This document shows, piece by piece, positions 16,200-27,900 of a stretch of 64,000 bases of DNA. The stretch is from an uncultured bacterium (GTDB taxonomy: Bacteria > Krumholzibacteriota > Krumholzibacteriia > JACNKJ01), in contig CAVOFT010000001.1 in assembly GCA_963695095.1 (NCBI GenBank), forward strand, positions 1,408,001 to 1,472,000, given 5' to 3'. Numbering within the stretch: the first letter of the stretch is position 1; every line of letters starts with the position of its first letter. Below the pieces are notes generated by a model. The model saw only the letters and a program-made list of their open reading frames with translations, was not told the DNA's origin and searched no databases. The translations under genes were made by a program, and so were the position numbers.

Positions 16200-18737
16200 A
16201 TGCGCCGCCCGCTTCTCGTCCTCGCAGGTCTCGCGCTCGTCGCTCTCGTTCTCGTGCTGGTCCCGCCCTTCCGCAGCCGGGATGCCGAACCCCCCCGCGA
16301 GCCCAACCAGCGCCCCAACGACTGGTTCTGGCGGCAGCGCGCCGACGAGGCCGGCGAGATCAGCCAGGCCGCCCTCGAGCGGGCTCTGGCTCAGGCCGCG
16401 GCCAAGGAGCGAGGCGGCGCCCTGCTCGGCCGCGCGACCTGGACGCAGGCGGGGCCGACGAACATCGGCGCCCGCGTGACCGACCTCGCCGTGCACCCCA
16501 CCGATGCCGACATCGCCTATGCGGCGATGGCCAGCGGCGGCATCTTCCGGACTGCCGACGGCGGCGCGAGCTGGACGCCCATCTTCGACGAGCAGGCCGT
16601 CCTGCCGGTGGGGGCCGTGGCTCTCGATCCGAGCAACCCGGAGGTCCTCTACGCCGGCACCGGCGAGGCCAACGCGGCCAGCCTCAGCTTCTTCGGCCTG
16701 GGTGTCTTCAAGTCCCTGGACGCGGGCGCGAGCTGGGAGCACCTGGGCCTGGCCGCGACCCGCTACATCGGGCGCATCCTCGTGGACCCCACGGACGGCC
16801 AGCGCGTCTACGTGGCGGCCAGCGGCAAGCTCTTCGGCACGAACCCCGAGCGCGGCGTCTATCGCAGCCTCGATGCCGGCGGCAGCTGGGAGCGCGTCTT
16901 CGCCCTCACCGACTCGACGGCCTGCATCGACCTGGCGCTGAATCCGCAAAGCCCGCAGGTGCTCTACGCGGCGATGTGGGAGCGCGTGCGCGGGCTCAAC
17001 TATCGCCGCTCCGGCGGGCCGAGCAGCGGGCTCTGGCGCAGCCAGGACGGCGGCGACTCCTGGCAAGAGCTGACCAGTGGCCTGCCCACGGACAGCGACG
17101 TGGGCCGCATCGGCATCTCCCTCTGCGCCGGGGCGCCCGGCACGCTCTACGCGATCTATGCCGACGCCAGCGCCTACTTCCGCGGCGTCTACAAGAGCAC
17201 GAACGGCGGCGACTCGTGGTCCCAGGTCAACGATGGCGCCTTGGCGGGCATGTACAGCAACTTCGGCTGGTGGTTCGGCAACATCCGCGTCGATCCGGTC
17301 AACGCCGACAACGTCATCGCCCTCGGCCTCTACGCCTACCGCAGCACGAACGGCGGCGCGAGCTGGAGCGAGACGGGCAGCAGCATGCACGTGGATCACC
17401 ACGCGCTGGCCTTCGCGCCTTCCCTGCCCAATCGCGTCTACGCGGGCAATGACGGCGGCCTCTATCGCTCGGCCAACAGCGGCGGCAGCTGGACCAAGCT
17501 CTACGATCAGCCGACCAGCCAGTTCTACGCCATCGCCGTCGACTACCAGAATCCCCAGCGGCTCTACGGCGGCACCCAGGACAATGGCACCCTGCGCACC
17601 TGGACCGGCGCCACCGGCGACTGGGAGATGATCTACGGCGGCGACGGCTTCTACACCCTCGTCGATCCGACGAACGCGAACACGATCTACGCCGAGTACC
17701 AGTACGGCGGCCTCGGCAAGTCGACCAACGGCGGCGGCAGCTTCAACGCTGCAACCAGCGGCATCGCGAGCGGCGACCGCCGCAACTGGTCGACGCCGGT
17801 GGTGATGGATCCGGCCACTCCGCAGACGCTCTACTACGGCACCTACCGCGTGTACCGCAGCACGAATGGCGCCGGCTCCTGGAGCGCGATCAGCGGCGAT
17901 CTGACCGACGGCGACCACGGCGGCAACTTCGGTACGATCACCACGATCGCCGTCGGACCGCAGGACCCGAACCTGATCGTCGCCGGCACCGATGACGGCC
18001 GCGTGCGCCTGAGCACCAACGGCGGCGGCCTGTGGACGGCCGTGGACGCTCAGCTGCCGCGCCGCTGGGTGACCCGCGTCGCCATCGATCCCGCGGACGG
18101 TCAGGTGCTCTACGCGACCTACTCGGGCCTGCGCTGGGAGGGAATCGGCCATGTCTATCGAAGTCAGGATCAGGGCGCGACCTGGCTCGACGTCACGGGC
18201 GACCTGCCGGCGGCTCCCGTCAACGCGCTCGTCGCCGATCCTGACCTGCCCGATCGCATCTACGTCGGCACGGACGTCGGCGTGTACACGAGCGAGCAGC
18301 CCGGCGGCAGCTGGCAGCCCCTGGCCGGCGGCCTGCCGCGCGCGCCGGTGCTCGACCTCGCGCTGCACCGGCCCACGCGCACGCTCGTGGCCGGCACGCA
18401 CGGGCGGTCCATGTTCCGCCTCGCGCTCGACGAGCTGACATCTGCGCCCGCCGCGCCGCTCGCCGCGCGCCTGCTGGCGCCGCATCCGAATCCCTTCAAC
18501 CCGCAGACGACCCTGCGCTTCGCGCTCGACGCGCCCGCGCGGGCGCGCCTGTCCATCGTCGACGCGCGCGGCCGCGAACTGCGCGTGCTGCTGGACCAGG
18601 CCCTGCCCGCGGGCGAGCGCGCGCTGGTCTGGGACGGCAAGGACGGCGAGGGGCGCACCCTGCCCTCGGGCGTCTACTTCGCGCGGCTGGCCCTGCCCAC
18701 GGGCAGCGCGGCGCGCAAGCTCGTGCTTCTTCGCTAG
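16200..18737 (+). CDS. secreted VPS10/BNR-repeat glycosyl hydrolase-like protein with a C-terminal FlgD-Ig/T9SS-like domain
   Basis: W...GP.NIG.RV, many S.(D/N)GG.SW boxes, HVDHHA, GNDGG, GGTQDNG, GGDGF, GTHGRS; PNPFNP...SGVYFARL...KLVLLR tail. Confidence 0.88.
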   Translation: MRRPLLVLAGLALVALVLVLVPPFRSRDAEPPREPNQRPNDWFWRQRADEAGEISQAALERALAQAAAKERGGALLGRATWTQAGPTNIGARVTDLAVHPTDADIAYAAMASGGIFRTADGGASWTPIFDEQAVLPVGAVALDPSNPEVLYAGTGEANAASLSFFGLGVFKSLDAGASWEHLGLAATRYIGRILVDPTDGQRVYVAASGKLFGTNPERGVYRSLDAGGSWERVFALTDSTACIDLALNPQSPQVLYAAMWERVRGLNYRRSGGPSSGLWRSQDGGDSWQELTSGLPTDSDVGRIGISLCAGAPGTLYAIYADASAYFRGVYKSTNGGDSWSQVNDGALAGMYSNFGWWFGNIRVDPVNADNVIALGLYAYRSTNGGASWSETGSSMHVDHHALAFAPSLPNRVYAGNDGGLYRSANSGGSWTKLYDQPTSQFYAIAVDYQNPQRLYGGTQDNGTLRTWTGATGDWEMIYGGDGFYTLVDPTNANTIYAEYQYGGLGKSTNGGGSFNAATSGIASGDRRNWSTPVVMDPATPQTLYYGTYRVYRSTNGAGSWSAISGDLTDGDHGGNFGTITTIAVGPQDPNLIVAGTDDGRVRLSTNGGGLWTAVDAQLPRRWVTRVAIDPADGQVLYATYSGLRWEGIGHVYRSQDQGATWLDVTGDLPAAPVNALVADPDLPDRIYVGTDVGVYTSEQPGGSWQPLAGGLPRAPVLDLALHRPTRTLVAGTHGRSMFRLALDELTSAPAAPLAARLLAPHPNPFNPQTTLRFALDAPARARLSIVDARGRELRVLLDQALPAGERALVWDGKDGEGRTLPSGVYFARLALPTGSAARKLVLLR

Positions 18738-18749
18738 CGCGGCTCGCGC

Positions 18750-18778
18750 TTGCCGCCGCGCGGAGGGCTCGCTACACT
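18750..18778 (+). promoter_or_regulatory. sigma70-type promoter
   Basis: TTGCCG-N17-TACACT upstream of the M14 gene. Confidence 0.55.
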
Positions 18779-18808
18779 CGCCGCTTACCTCGGCGAAAGC
18801 GAGTCCTC

Positions 18809-21617
18809 ATGATCCGCCCGCGGCCGCTCTCCCTCACGGCGCTGGTCCTTGCCCTCGCGCTCCTCCTGGCCGGCCCGGCGCGCGCCGAGTTCCTGCGTCT
18901 GGAGGATCTGGCCGGCGCCGCCGACTACGACCCCACGATCGCCTCGCCTGGACAACTTGCTGGGGTTCCCCTGGGGCGAGCGTCCGGCCGAGGGCGAGCT
19001 CATCCTGGCCGCCTGTCAGCGCCTGGCGGCCGCCTCTCCGCGCGTGGAACTGCTCAACTACGGCAGCACCCACGAGGGCCGCCCGCTCGTCTGCGCCGCC
19101 GTGGGCAGTGCGGCCAACATCGGCAAGCTGGACGCCCTGCGCGCAGCCCAGCGCGCGCGCATGCAGGGGGGCGCGGAGGCGGCGGCGCTGCCCCTCATCG
19201 TCTGGGTGGGGGCCAACGTGCACGGCGACGAGGCCTCGGGTGCGGATGCGGCCCTCGCCCTGCTCTACCATCTCGCCGCGGATCGCAGCGCGGCCACGGC
19301 CGCGCTGCTCGAGCGGGTACTCGTCCTCGTCGATCCGCTGCAGAACCCCGATGGCCGCGCGCGCTTCCTCGCGTCCTGGCGGGCCTGGGCGGCGGCGCCG
19401 CCCGTGCTCGACGACCAGGATCTCGGCCGCCGCGGCGACTGGCCGACCCCGCGCGGCAACCACTACCTGCTCGACCTCAACCGCGACTGGTACACGCTCT
19501 CGCAACCCGAGACGCGCGGCCGCGTCGCCCTCTTTCTCGACTGGTATCCCGCCCTCAGCGTGGACCTGCACGAGATGAACAGCTTCTCGACGACCCTCTT
19601 CTCGCCTCCCCGCGCGCCCTTCAACCCGCACCTGCCGGCCTCGACCGCGGGCTGGTGGGAGGCGCTGGGCAGCGCCGTCGCCCAGGCCTTCGGCCGCCGC
19701 GGCTGGCCCTGTGCCACCGGCGACTGGAACGAGGAGTTCAATCCCAATCGCGGCGCGGCCTGGCCCCTGCACCTGGGCACGGTGGCCTTTCTCGTCGAAC
19801 AGGCGACCACGCGCGGCGGGGCCGTGCTCCGACCCGATGGCGCCGTGCTCGACTATGCGGACTGCGTGGCGCGTCAGTTCACGGTGGCCTGGACCCTGCT
19901 CGGCGAGGCCGGCCGCCAGGCGGAGGCGATCGCTGCCGATCAGCTGGCCGCCCGCAGGAGCTGGCGGGGGGAGGCCGCCGACGGCACGAGGGCCTACCTC
20001 ATCGACAAGGAGCGGGCGCCGGGCGCCGCGGTCGAGCTGGCCGCCCTGCTCGCCGCGCAGGGCATTCGCGTCGATGTGCTCGGCGAAGCCCTGCGCCTGG
20101 ATGAGGCCGTGGACCTCTGGGGCGAGCCGCGCGGCAAGCGGCCCTTCGCGGCCGGCAGCTACCTCCTGCGCCTGGATCAGCCGGAGGGTCGGCTGGCCGC
20201 GGCCATCCTCGATCTCGATCCCCTGCTCCCGGACAGCGTCCTGACCCAGGAGCGGCGCGGCCTCGAGGCCGGCGAGGGCTCGATGCTCTACGAGGCGGCG
20301 GCCTGGTCGCCCGCCCAGGCCAGCGGAGCCGCCGTCTACGCTGCGCGCCGCCTGCCGCGCGTGGCCAGCAGGCCGCTGCAGTCCGCGCCGCCGGTGGGGA
20401 GCCTCTCGCCGGCGGCAGCGCCGCTGGGCTATCTCCTCCATGCGGGCGACCCGGGCTTCGTGCCCGCCCTCGCTGGCCTGCTCGCGGCGGGCATCGGCTG
20501 CGCGGCCAGCGATGAGGCCTTCGTCCGCGCCGGCCGCGAGTGGCCCGCGGGCAGCGTCTTCGTCCCCCGGGCGGGGGCGCCCGACTCGCTGCCGGCCGCG
20601 CTCGGCCGCCTGGCCGCTGCCGGCGGCGCCGAATTCGTAGGCGTCGATCAGGCCCTGTCCAGCGCTGGACCGGACCTGGGCAGCGATGCCTGGCGCCCCC
20701 TGCGGCGGCCGCGCGTGGCCTTGCTCGCCGGCTCGGCCTTCCACCAGACCACCTTCGGCGCGCTCTGGCAGCACCTGGAGGCCGAGCTCGGGCTGCCCGT
20801 CACGCGCCTGCGCGTGGACCTGCTCGACACGGCGGACCTGGATCGCTACGGCGTGCTCATCGTGCCGGACGGGCCGCGCGGCCGCGGCGCGGGCCTGCGC
20901 CCGCGCCTGGGCGAGGCGGGCTGGGCGCGGCTCCGCGACTGGGTCGCGCGCGGAGGCACCCTGATCGCCCTCGGTGAAGGCACGGGCCTGCTCTCTCCCT
21001 CGGCCGCGGAGGGACCCGGGGCCGAAGGGCTGGGCGCCCTGCGCCCGCGGCGCCAGGTGCTGGCCACCCTGGACGCCTACCTCGCCGAGAGCCGCCGCCT
21101 GGCCGCGCTGCCCGCCCTGAGCGTGGACGGCGCTCGCTTGCGCGCCGGCGACAGCCTCGCTCTCGGCCTGCCCGCTCTGCCGCAGGCGCCCATCGCGGCG
21201 GCCTCGCCCATCACCGACGAGCAGGACGCCTGGCTCCGCCGCTTTGCTCCGGGCGGCTGCATCCTGCGCGTGGACCTGGAGGCGAGCCACTGGCTCGCCG
21301 CGGGCGTGGGGGAGCGCGTCGCGGCGATGGTGGACACGGACATCGCCCTGCACGCGCGCCAGCCGGCGCGCGTCGTGGGCCGCTTCGCGCCTGCCGAGCG
21401 CCTGCGCCTCGCCGGTCTCCTGTGGCCGGAAGCGCGGGCGCGCTGGGCGGAGAGCGTCTACCTCAGCCAGGAGCGCGTGGGCGACGGCCAGGTGATCGCC
21501 TTCCTGGGGAATCCCTGCTACCGGGGGGCCTTCCGCGGCACGGTGCGCCTGCTGGACAACGCGCTGCTCCTGGGCCCGGGGCTGGGCACGCGCCCGCGGC
21601 CGCCTGTGGGCGACTGA
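18809..21617 (+). CDS. secreted M14 zinc carboxypeptidase with a C-terminal GATase-like region; one +1 frameshift near 18948
   Basis: Signal peptide in the 18809 frame; catalytic VHGDE, QNPDG, DLNRDW, DLHEM in the 18849 frame. Confidence 0.85.
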
Positions 21618-21673
21618 TCGAGGGCACGCCGAGGCGAAAGACGTGCTGCTGCTGGCTGCCTTCGCCGCCCTGG

Positions 21674-21727
21674 CCGAGGCCGAGTGTACACGTGTACAGA
21701 CCGAGGCGGAGTGTTCACGTGTACAGA
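21674..21727. repeat. 2 x 27-bp tandem repeat with a palindromic TGTACACGTGTACA core
   Basis: CCGAGGCCGAGTGTACACGTGTACAGA followed by CCGAGGCGGAGTGTTCACGTGTACAGA, between convergent genes. Confidence 0.85.
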
Positions 21728-21798
21728 CCGAGCCGCCCTACCCTACCGCTGCGAGGGGTGCGGCGCTGCGTGCCCAGCCGACTCCTGATGGATCAGGG

Positions 21799-24700
21799 CT
21801 AGCGCCGGCGGGGGCTCGCCGGTACGCCCCCGCCCGCGACCGGGGCGGGCGGCGGCCGCCAGGGCAGAGGACCGCGGCCGCGTCCCCAGGCCAGGGTGCG
21901 CCGGGCCTGCAGCGCGAGGTCCTCGGCGACGATGGTCAGGGTCGGCAGCAGGATGAGCGTGAGCAGGGTGCTCGCCGTGAGGCCGCCCATCATGGCGCGG
22001 GCGAGGGGGAAGTAGTAGGCGTCGGCGACGCTGGCCTTGCCGAGGGCCAGCGGGGCGAGGCCGAGCACGGTCGTCGCCGCGGTCATCAGGATGGGCCGGA
22101 AGCGGTCGCGGCAGCCATCGAGGATGGCCGCCTCGCGGCTCAGCCCCTGCCGGCGCAGCTGCCCGATGCGGTCCAGCAGCACGATGCCGTTGTTCACGAC
22201 GATGCCGATGAGGATCACCAGCCCGATCATCGCGAACAGGTTGAAGGGCGTGCCTGTCGCCAGCAGGGTCCAGATGACACCGAGCACCGCGAAGGGGATG
22301 CACAGCATGATCACGAGGGGATGCAGCAGGCTCTCGAAGAGGATGGCCATCACGATGTAGACGCAGGCCAGGGCGAGCAGGATGTTGAGCAGCATGTCGT
22401 TCTGCTGCTCGCCCACGCGGCGCAGGCGCTCGCCCTCCGACCAGCTGTAGCCCGCGGGCAGCTCGAGGGAGTCCATCACCCCGCGCACGCGCTCCATCGC
22501 CTTGTCGAATTCCTTGCCCTCGTAGGCCCCGCTGATGCTGAGGGCCGTCTGTTGCCGCTCGCGGGCGATCTGGGTGGGGCCGCGGCCGATCTCGAAACGG
22601 GCCACCTGGCCGAGCAGCACCGGGCGGCCCTCGCGGTAGCTGACCGGCAGGCGCATCAGGTTCTCCAGGTTCCGGCGATCGCTGGGCTCGAGCACGATGC
22701 CGAGGTCGATCTCCCGCTCATCGCCCTGGAACTTGCGCAGGGGCACGCCGCGGAAGGTGAGTCCGAGCACCTGCGACAGCTCCCGCGGGCTCACCTGATA
22801 GAGGCCGGCCAGCTCGCGATCGAGGATCACGCGCACCTCGTCGCGACCGGACTCGCGGTTGGTATCCACGTCGTGCATGCCCTCGATGAGGTCGAGGCGG
22901 CGCACGACTTCCGTGGCCAGGCCGGCGAGCAAGTCCGTGTCCTCGCCGAAGAGCGTCACCGCGACGAGCTGGGCGCCCTGGCCGACGTCCTCCTCGTCGC
23001 GGAAGCGGTAGCGCACGCCGGGCAGCACGGGCAACTGGCTGCGCAGCGAGTCGCGCAGGGCGCCGATGCGCGTGGGGGTGACCTCGATGCCGTCGGCGAA
23101 GTAGAGGCGGAAGGCGCTGAAATTGTCGTCGTAGAACGTGTAGACGGCCTTGACGTCCATGCTGTCGCGGCGCGCGATGAGGAAGCCCTCGATCGTCGCC
23201 ACGTATTCCTCGACGCGGTAGAGATTGGTGTTGTCCGTGTACTCCAGCCAGAAGGAGACGTGGTCGCGCTTGACGCCACCGCCATCGTCCATGTCCGAGG
23301 GCTTGAAGCCGGTGACCTTGATGGCGACGACCGTCAGGGCGATCAGCCCCGCCAGGACGCCCAGGGTGGCCTTGCGATGGCGGAGCGCCGTCCAGGCGAG
23401 CAGGCGCAGGTATTGACGACGGAGCCAGGCCAGCGCCGCGAACTCGCCGCGCGTGTCCGCCTTGCGGATGCGCGACAGCAGCAGCGGCACCAGGGTGAGG
23501 CAGATGAAGAGCGAGAAGATGAGGGTGACGGAGATGGTCATGCCCACTTCGGAGAGCCAGAGCGTGATCTCGGTGTTCTTCGTGAGCACGATGGGGGCGA
23601 AGACGATGACGGAGGTGGCCGTGCTCGCGACAACGGCCATCGCCACTTCGCGTGTGCCCTCGGCGGCCGCCTGCCGCTGGGGCTCGCCCAGCTCGTGCCG
23701 GCGATAGATCGACTCCAGCACGACGATCGCGTTGTCCACGAGCATGCCCACGGCCAGCATCAGGCCCATCATCGTCAGGATGTTCAGGCTGCGCTGGGAG
23801 AGATAGAGGAAGGCGCAGGTGGCGATCACCGAGACGGGAATGGCGATGGCGGCCACCAGCGTGGTCAGCAGCCGGCGCAGGAAGACGAGCAGGATACCCA
23901 CCGCGAGCAGCGAGCCGATGAGGCCGGACATCAGCAGGTCGCGCAGACTGCCCTGGATGTTCTCGCCCTGATCGAACCAGACCACGACCTCGATGCCCGC
24001 CAGGGTGGGATCGCCCTTGATGCGCGCGAGCTCCGCGTGCACGCGCTTGGAGACGTCGACGATGTTGGCGCCCGAGGCCTTCTGGATCTCGAAGGCGATC
24101 GCTGGCTCGCCGTTCAGGTGGCGGTAGTAGTTGGGAGCCGGTTCCGCGTAGATCACTTCCGCGATGTCGGCGAGGCGGATGCCGGCCGCATTCACCGGCA
24201 GGTTGCGGATCTCCTCGAGGTCGCGGAACTGGCCCAGGCTGCGCACGCTCACGCGCTGGCGACCGTCCTGCACGCGGCCGAGCGACAGGTCGACGTTGCT
24301 GCTGTTGAGGGTCTGGAAGAGCTGGCCGACGTCCACGCCGTGGGCGATGATCTTGTCCAGCAGGAGATAGATCGTCACATCCTTGGCGCTGATGCCGTCG
24401 ACCACGACCCGCCCGACGCCCTCGATGCGCTGGAGGGGGGCGATGATGCGCCGCTCGAGCAGCTCATAGGAGCCCGAGAGGTCGCGCCCGGGCGCGCTGA
24501 TGCGCCCTTCCATGACGGGGATGTCCGTCGTGTTGAAGGTGAAGATGAAGTAGTCCTCGAGGTCCGCGGGCAGGAGCGGCCGCACCTGCTCCATGCGCTC
24601 CTTGACCTCCAGCCGCAGCACGTCGATGTCGCGACCGAAATCGAACTCCACGCCCACGAAGGCGCCGTCCCGGTCCGAGTAGGAGCGCAGGGACTTGACG

Positions 24701-24927
24701 TCGCCGAGGGTGGCCATCACCTCTTCGACGGGGCGGGCGATCTCGCGCTCCACCTGGGCGGGCACGGCGTTGGGATAGGGCAGCTGGACGCCGACGAAGG
24801 GCCAGTCGACCTTGGGCAGGAAGTCCAGCTTGAGTCGCGTGAGACTCACCGCGCCGAGGACGACCACGGCGGCGAGGACGACGAGCACCGTCACCGGCCG
24901 CCGCAGCGAGAAGTCGGAGAGGGCCAT
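21799..24927 (-). CDS. RND efflux permease (AcrB family), second subunit
   Basis: 1042 aa; RRPVT, P.EE, GMLVDNAIVVLE, GIVVNNGIVL, RFRPILMT. Confidence 0.93.
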   Translation of the reverse strand: MALSDFSLRRPVTVLVVLAAVVVLGAVSLTRLKLDFLPKVDWPFVGVQLPYPNAVPAQVEREIARPVEEVMATLGDVKSLRSYSDRDGAFVGVEFDFGRDIDVLRLEVKERMEQVRPLLPADLEDYFIFTFNTTDIPVMEGRISAPGRDLSGSYELLERRIIAPLQRIEGVGRVVVDGISAKDVTIYLLLDKIIAHGVDVGQLFQTLNSSNVDLSLGRVQDGRQRVSVRSLGQFRDLEEIRNLPVNAAGIRLADIAEVIYAEPAPNYYRHLNGEPAIAFEIQKASGANIVDVSKRVHAELARIKGDPTLAGIEVVVWFDQGENIQGSLRDLLMSGLIGSLLAVGILLVFLRRLLTTLVAAIAIPVSVIATCAFLYLSQRSLNILTMMGLMLAVGMLVDNAIVVLESIYRRHELGEPQRQAAAEGTREVAMAVVASTATSVIVFAPIVLTKNTEITLWLSEVGMTISVTLIFSLFICLTLVPLLLSRIRKADTRGEFAALAWLRRQYLRLLAWTALRHRKATLGVLAGLIALTVVAIKVTGFKPSDMDDGGGVKRDHVSFWLEYTDNTNLYRVEEYVATIEGFLIARRDSMDVKAVYTFYDDNFSAFRLYFADGIEVTPTRIGALRDSLRSQLPVLPGVRYRFRDEEDVGQGAQLVAVTLFGEDTDLLAGLATEVVRRLDLIEGMHDVDTNRESGRDEVRVILDRELAGLYQVSPRELSQVLGLTFRGVPLRKFQGDEREIDLGIVLEPSDRRNLENLMRLPVSYREGRPVLLGQVARFEIGRGPTQIARERQQTALSISGAYEGKEFDKAMERVRGVMDSLELPAGYSWSEGERLRRVGEQQNDMLLNILLALACVYIVMAILFESLLHPLVIMLCIPFAVLGVIWTLLATGTPFNLFAMIGLVILIGIVVNNGIVLLDRIGQLRRQGLSREAAILDGCRDRFRPILMTAATTVLGLAPLALGKASVADAYYFPLARAMMGGLTASTLLTLILLPTLTIVAEDLALQARRTLAWGRGRGPLPWRPPPAPVAGGGVPASPRRR

Positions 24928-24928
24928 C

Positions 24929-27900
24929 TCAGGCGCTCCGGTCCAGGCGCTCGTAGACCACCGGGATCACGATCAGGGTGAGCAGGGTGGCCAGGCTGAG
25001 GCCGCCGATGACGGCGATCGCCATCGGCGCCCGGATCTCCGCCCCCTCGCCGAGGCCGATGGCCATGGGGGTCAGGCCCAGCACCGTGGTCAGGGTCGTC
25101 ATCAGGATCGGGCGCAGGCGGGCGGCGCTGGCCTCGACGACGGCCCCTCGCTTCGCCATGCCGGCGCGCCGGCGCACGTTGATGTAATCCACGAGCACGA
25201 TGGCGTTGTTGACGACGATGCCGGCGAGCATCACCGCGCCGATGAGCACGACCACGCTCACCGCCGTCCGTGTCACGAGCAGGGCGAGGATGACGCCCAC
25301 CAGGCCGAGGGGGACCGTCATCAGGATCACGAAGGGGTGCAGGAAGCTCTCGAACTCGCTGGCCATGACGAGGTAGACCATGAAGACGGCGAGGGCCGCC
25401 GCCAGGGCGAGGCTGCGGAAGGAGGTGGCCAGCTCGCGGTTCTGGCCGCCCAGGCTGACGGCGAGCGCGGCGGGCGGCGGCGCTGCGGCCAGCAGGGCCT
25501 CGATGTCGCGGCTCGCGCCGCCGAGATCCCGCCCCGCGATGTTGGCGCTGATCACGGCCGCGCGCTGCTGGCCGACGTGGACGATCTGCGCGGGCCCCGT
25601 GCCCAGGATCACCTCGGCCACCGTGGCGAGCGGGATGGGGACCCCCTCCACCTGGCCGATGACGAGTCCGCTCACCTCGCCGACGTCCATCTGGCCGGCG
25701 TCGGCGCGGCGGACGCGCACGTCGATCTGGCGATCCTGCTCCTTGAGGCGGGTGGCCAGGTCGCCGTGGATCTTGCCCCGCAGCGTGCGACTGACGGCCT
25801 CCATGTCCAGGCCCAGGCTGGCCAGGCGATCGCGGGCGAAGCGCACCTGCACTTCAGGGTTGCCCTGCTCGAGGCTGCTCTTCACGTCGCGCAGGCCGGG
25901 GATCTGGGCCATGCCCAGCGCCAGCCGGTCCGCGTAGGCGGCGAGGGCGTCCAGGTCATAGCCGTAGACCTGCACCTCGATCGGCGTCTGGATGCTGAAG
26001 TAGCTGGGCCGGCGGAAGGTGTAGCGGAGCTCGGGGTAGGCCGCGAGCACCTGGCGGCAGCGGTCGATCACGGCCGCTTCCTGGTCGCGGTCGCCGCTGT
26101 CGGCCACGCTGATGCCGAGCTGGGCCACGTTCTCGCGCTTCTCGCTGCGCGCGCCGCCGAGGCTGGGGCTATCGCCGACGCTCGCGTAGAGCACGCCGAT
26201 GCGCGCATCGCCGGCCAGGTCGGCCTCGATCTCGCGCAGCTTCTGCTCGACCCGGGCCAGCGGCGTGCCCGCGGGGAACTCGAGATCGAAGCCGAACTGC
26301 CCCTGGGCGAAGGGCGGCACCAGCTCGACGCCGAGCAGGGGCAGGCTGGCCACGGCGCCGGCGGCGAGCAGCAGGGCCAGCCCGAGCACGAGTCGCGGCC
26401 GGGCCAGGGCAGCGGCCAGCAGGCGCGGATAGGCCGCGTCCAGCCGTCCCCAGGCGCGATCGAAGCCCCGCTGCAGCGGCCAGAGCAGCCATAGGCTGAG
26501 GCGGCTGGCGGCGGCGAACAGGAGACGCCCCAGCCGGACGAGCAGTCCGGGCAGGAGCACGGTCAGCCCCCGCAACAGCCAGCGGCCCAGCCAGGCGAGG
26601 GCCACGAGCGGCGCGCTCAGGACCCGGCGCAGGCGGCCGGCGGGGCGGCGGGGCGCAGGCGGCATGGGCTCCGGGCTCGGCTCCGCGAGCGGAACCGGCG
26701 GAAAGGCGGGCGCGCGGCCGCCGAGGCTGGCCAGGACCGGAATCAAGGTCAGCGCCGCGAGCAGGGAGACGAGCAGCGAGGCCGTGACGGTCAGCGCCTG
26801 ATCGCGGAAGATCTGACCGGCGATGCCCTCGACGAAGATGATGGGCAGGAAGACGGCCACGGTGGTGAGCGTGGAGGCCGTCACTGCGCGGGCCACCTCG
26901 CCGGCGCCCTCGCGAGTGGCGTCCCAGAGGCTGAGCCCCGCGGCGCGGTGGCGGCTGACCGCGTCCAGCACCACGATGGCGTTGTCGACCAGCATGCCCA
27001 CGCCGAGGGCCAGCCCGCCCAGCGACATGATGTTGAGCGAGATGCCGAGCTGCTGCATCACGAAGAAGGTGGCCATGACGGAGATCGGGATCACCGTCGC
27101 GATGATGAAGGTGCTGCGCCGATCCTTGAGGAACAGATAGAGCACGAGCACGGCCAGAAGGCCGCCGATCACGGCGTTGCCACGCACCTCGGCGATGGAC
27201 TGCTCGATGAAGGTGCTCTGGTCGGCCAGGACGACGAGGTCGGTCGCCGGCGGCAATTCCCGGCGCAGCTGCTCCAGGCGCCGCTTGACGACGCTCGCCA
27301 CCCGCACGGTGTTCGCGCTGCCCTCCTTGTACAGGGCGAGCTCCACGGCCTCCTCGCCCTGCACGTGGCTGATCACCTCGCGCTCCTTGTAGCCGCGGGC
27401 CACCGTCGCCACGTCGGCCAGGGTGACGCGCCGCTCCCCGTCCTCGTAGACGATCGTGCGCGCCACGTCCTCTTCGCCCTTGAACTCGTTGAGCGTGCGC
27501 ACGAGGAACTCGGCGTCGCGGTCGCGCAAGCGGCCACCGGCCGCGTTCAGGTTCTGGTCGCCGAGAAAGGTGGAGACGGCGCTGATCGGCAGGCCGAGCG
27601 CGGCCAGCTTGGCCTCGTCCACCTCGACCTGGATCTCCTCCTCGAGGCCACCCTGCACGCGCACGGAGGCCACGCCTTCGAGCGACTCCAGGTCCTTCTT
27701 GAGCAGGTGCTCGGCCAGGTGGCGCAGGCTGACCAGGTCCTGCTTGCCGTGGAGGCCCAGGCGCAGGATGGGATCGAGATTGGGGTCGTAGCGCAGGAGG
27801 ATGGGGCTGCCGGCGTCCTCGGGCAGGCGCACCATGTCGATCTTCTCGCGCACGTCGAGGGCGGCGAAGTCCATCGCCGTCTTCCAGCCGAACTCGAGAC

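Noticed and set aside
21674..21735. CRISPR array
   Set aside because: Only two abutting 27-bp units, no unique spacers and no cas genes in the window.
21643..24981. Long antisense or alternate-frame ORFs (for example 21643-24981 +, 16014-18485 -, 54475-57447 -, 31415-33784 -)
   Set aside because: Shadow ORFs expected in high-GC DNA opposite well-supported genes; they carry no recognisable motifs.
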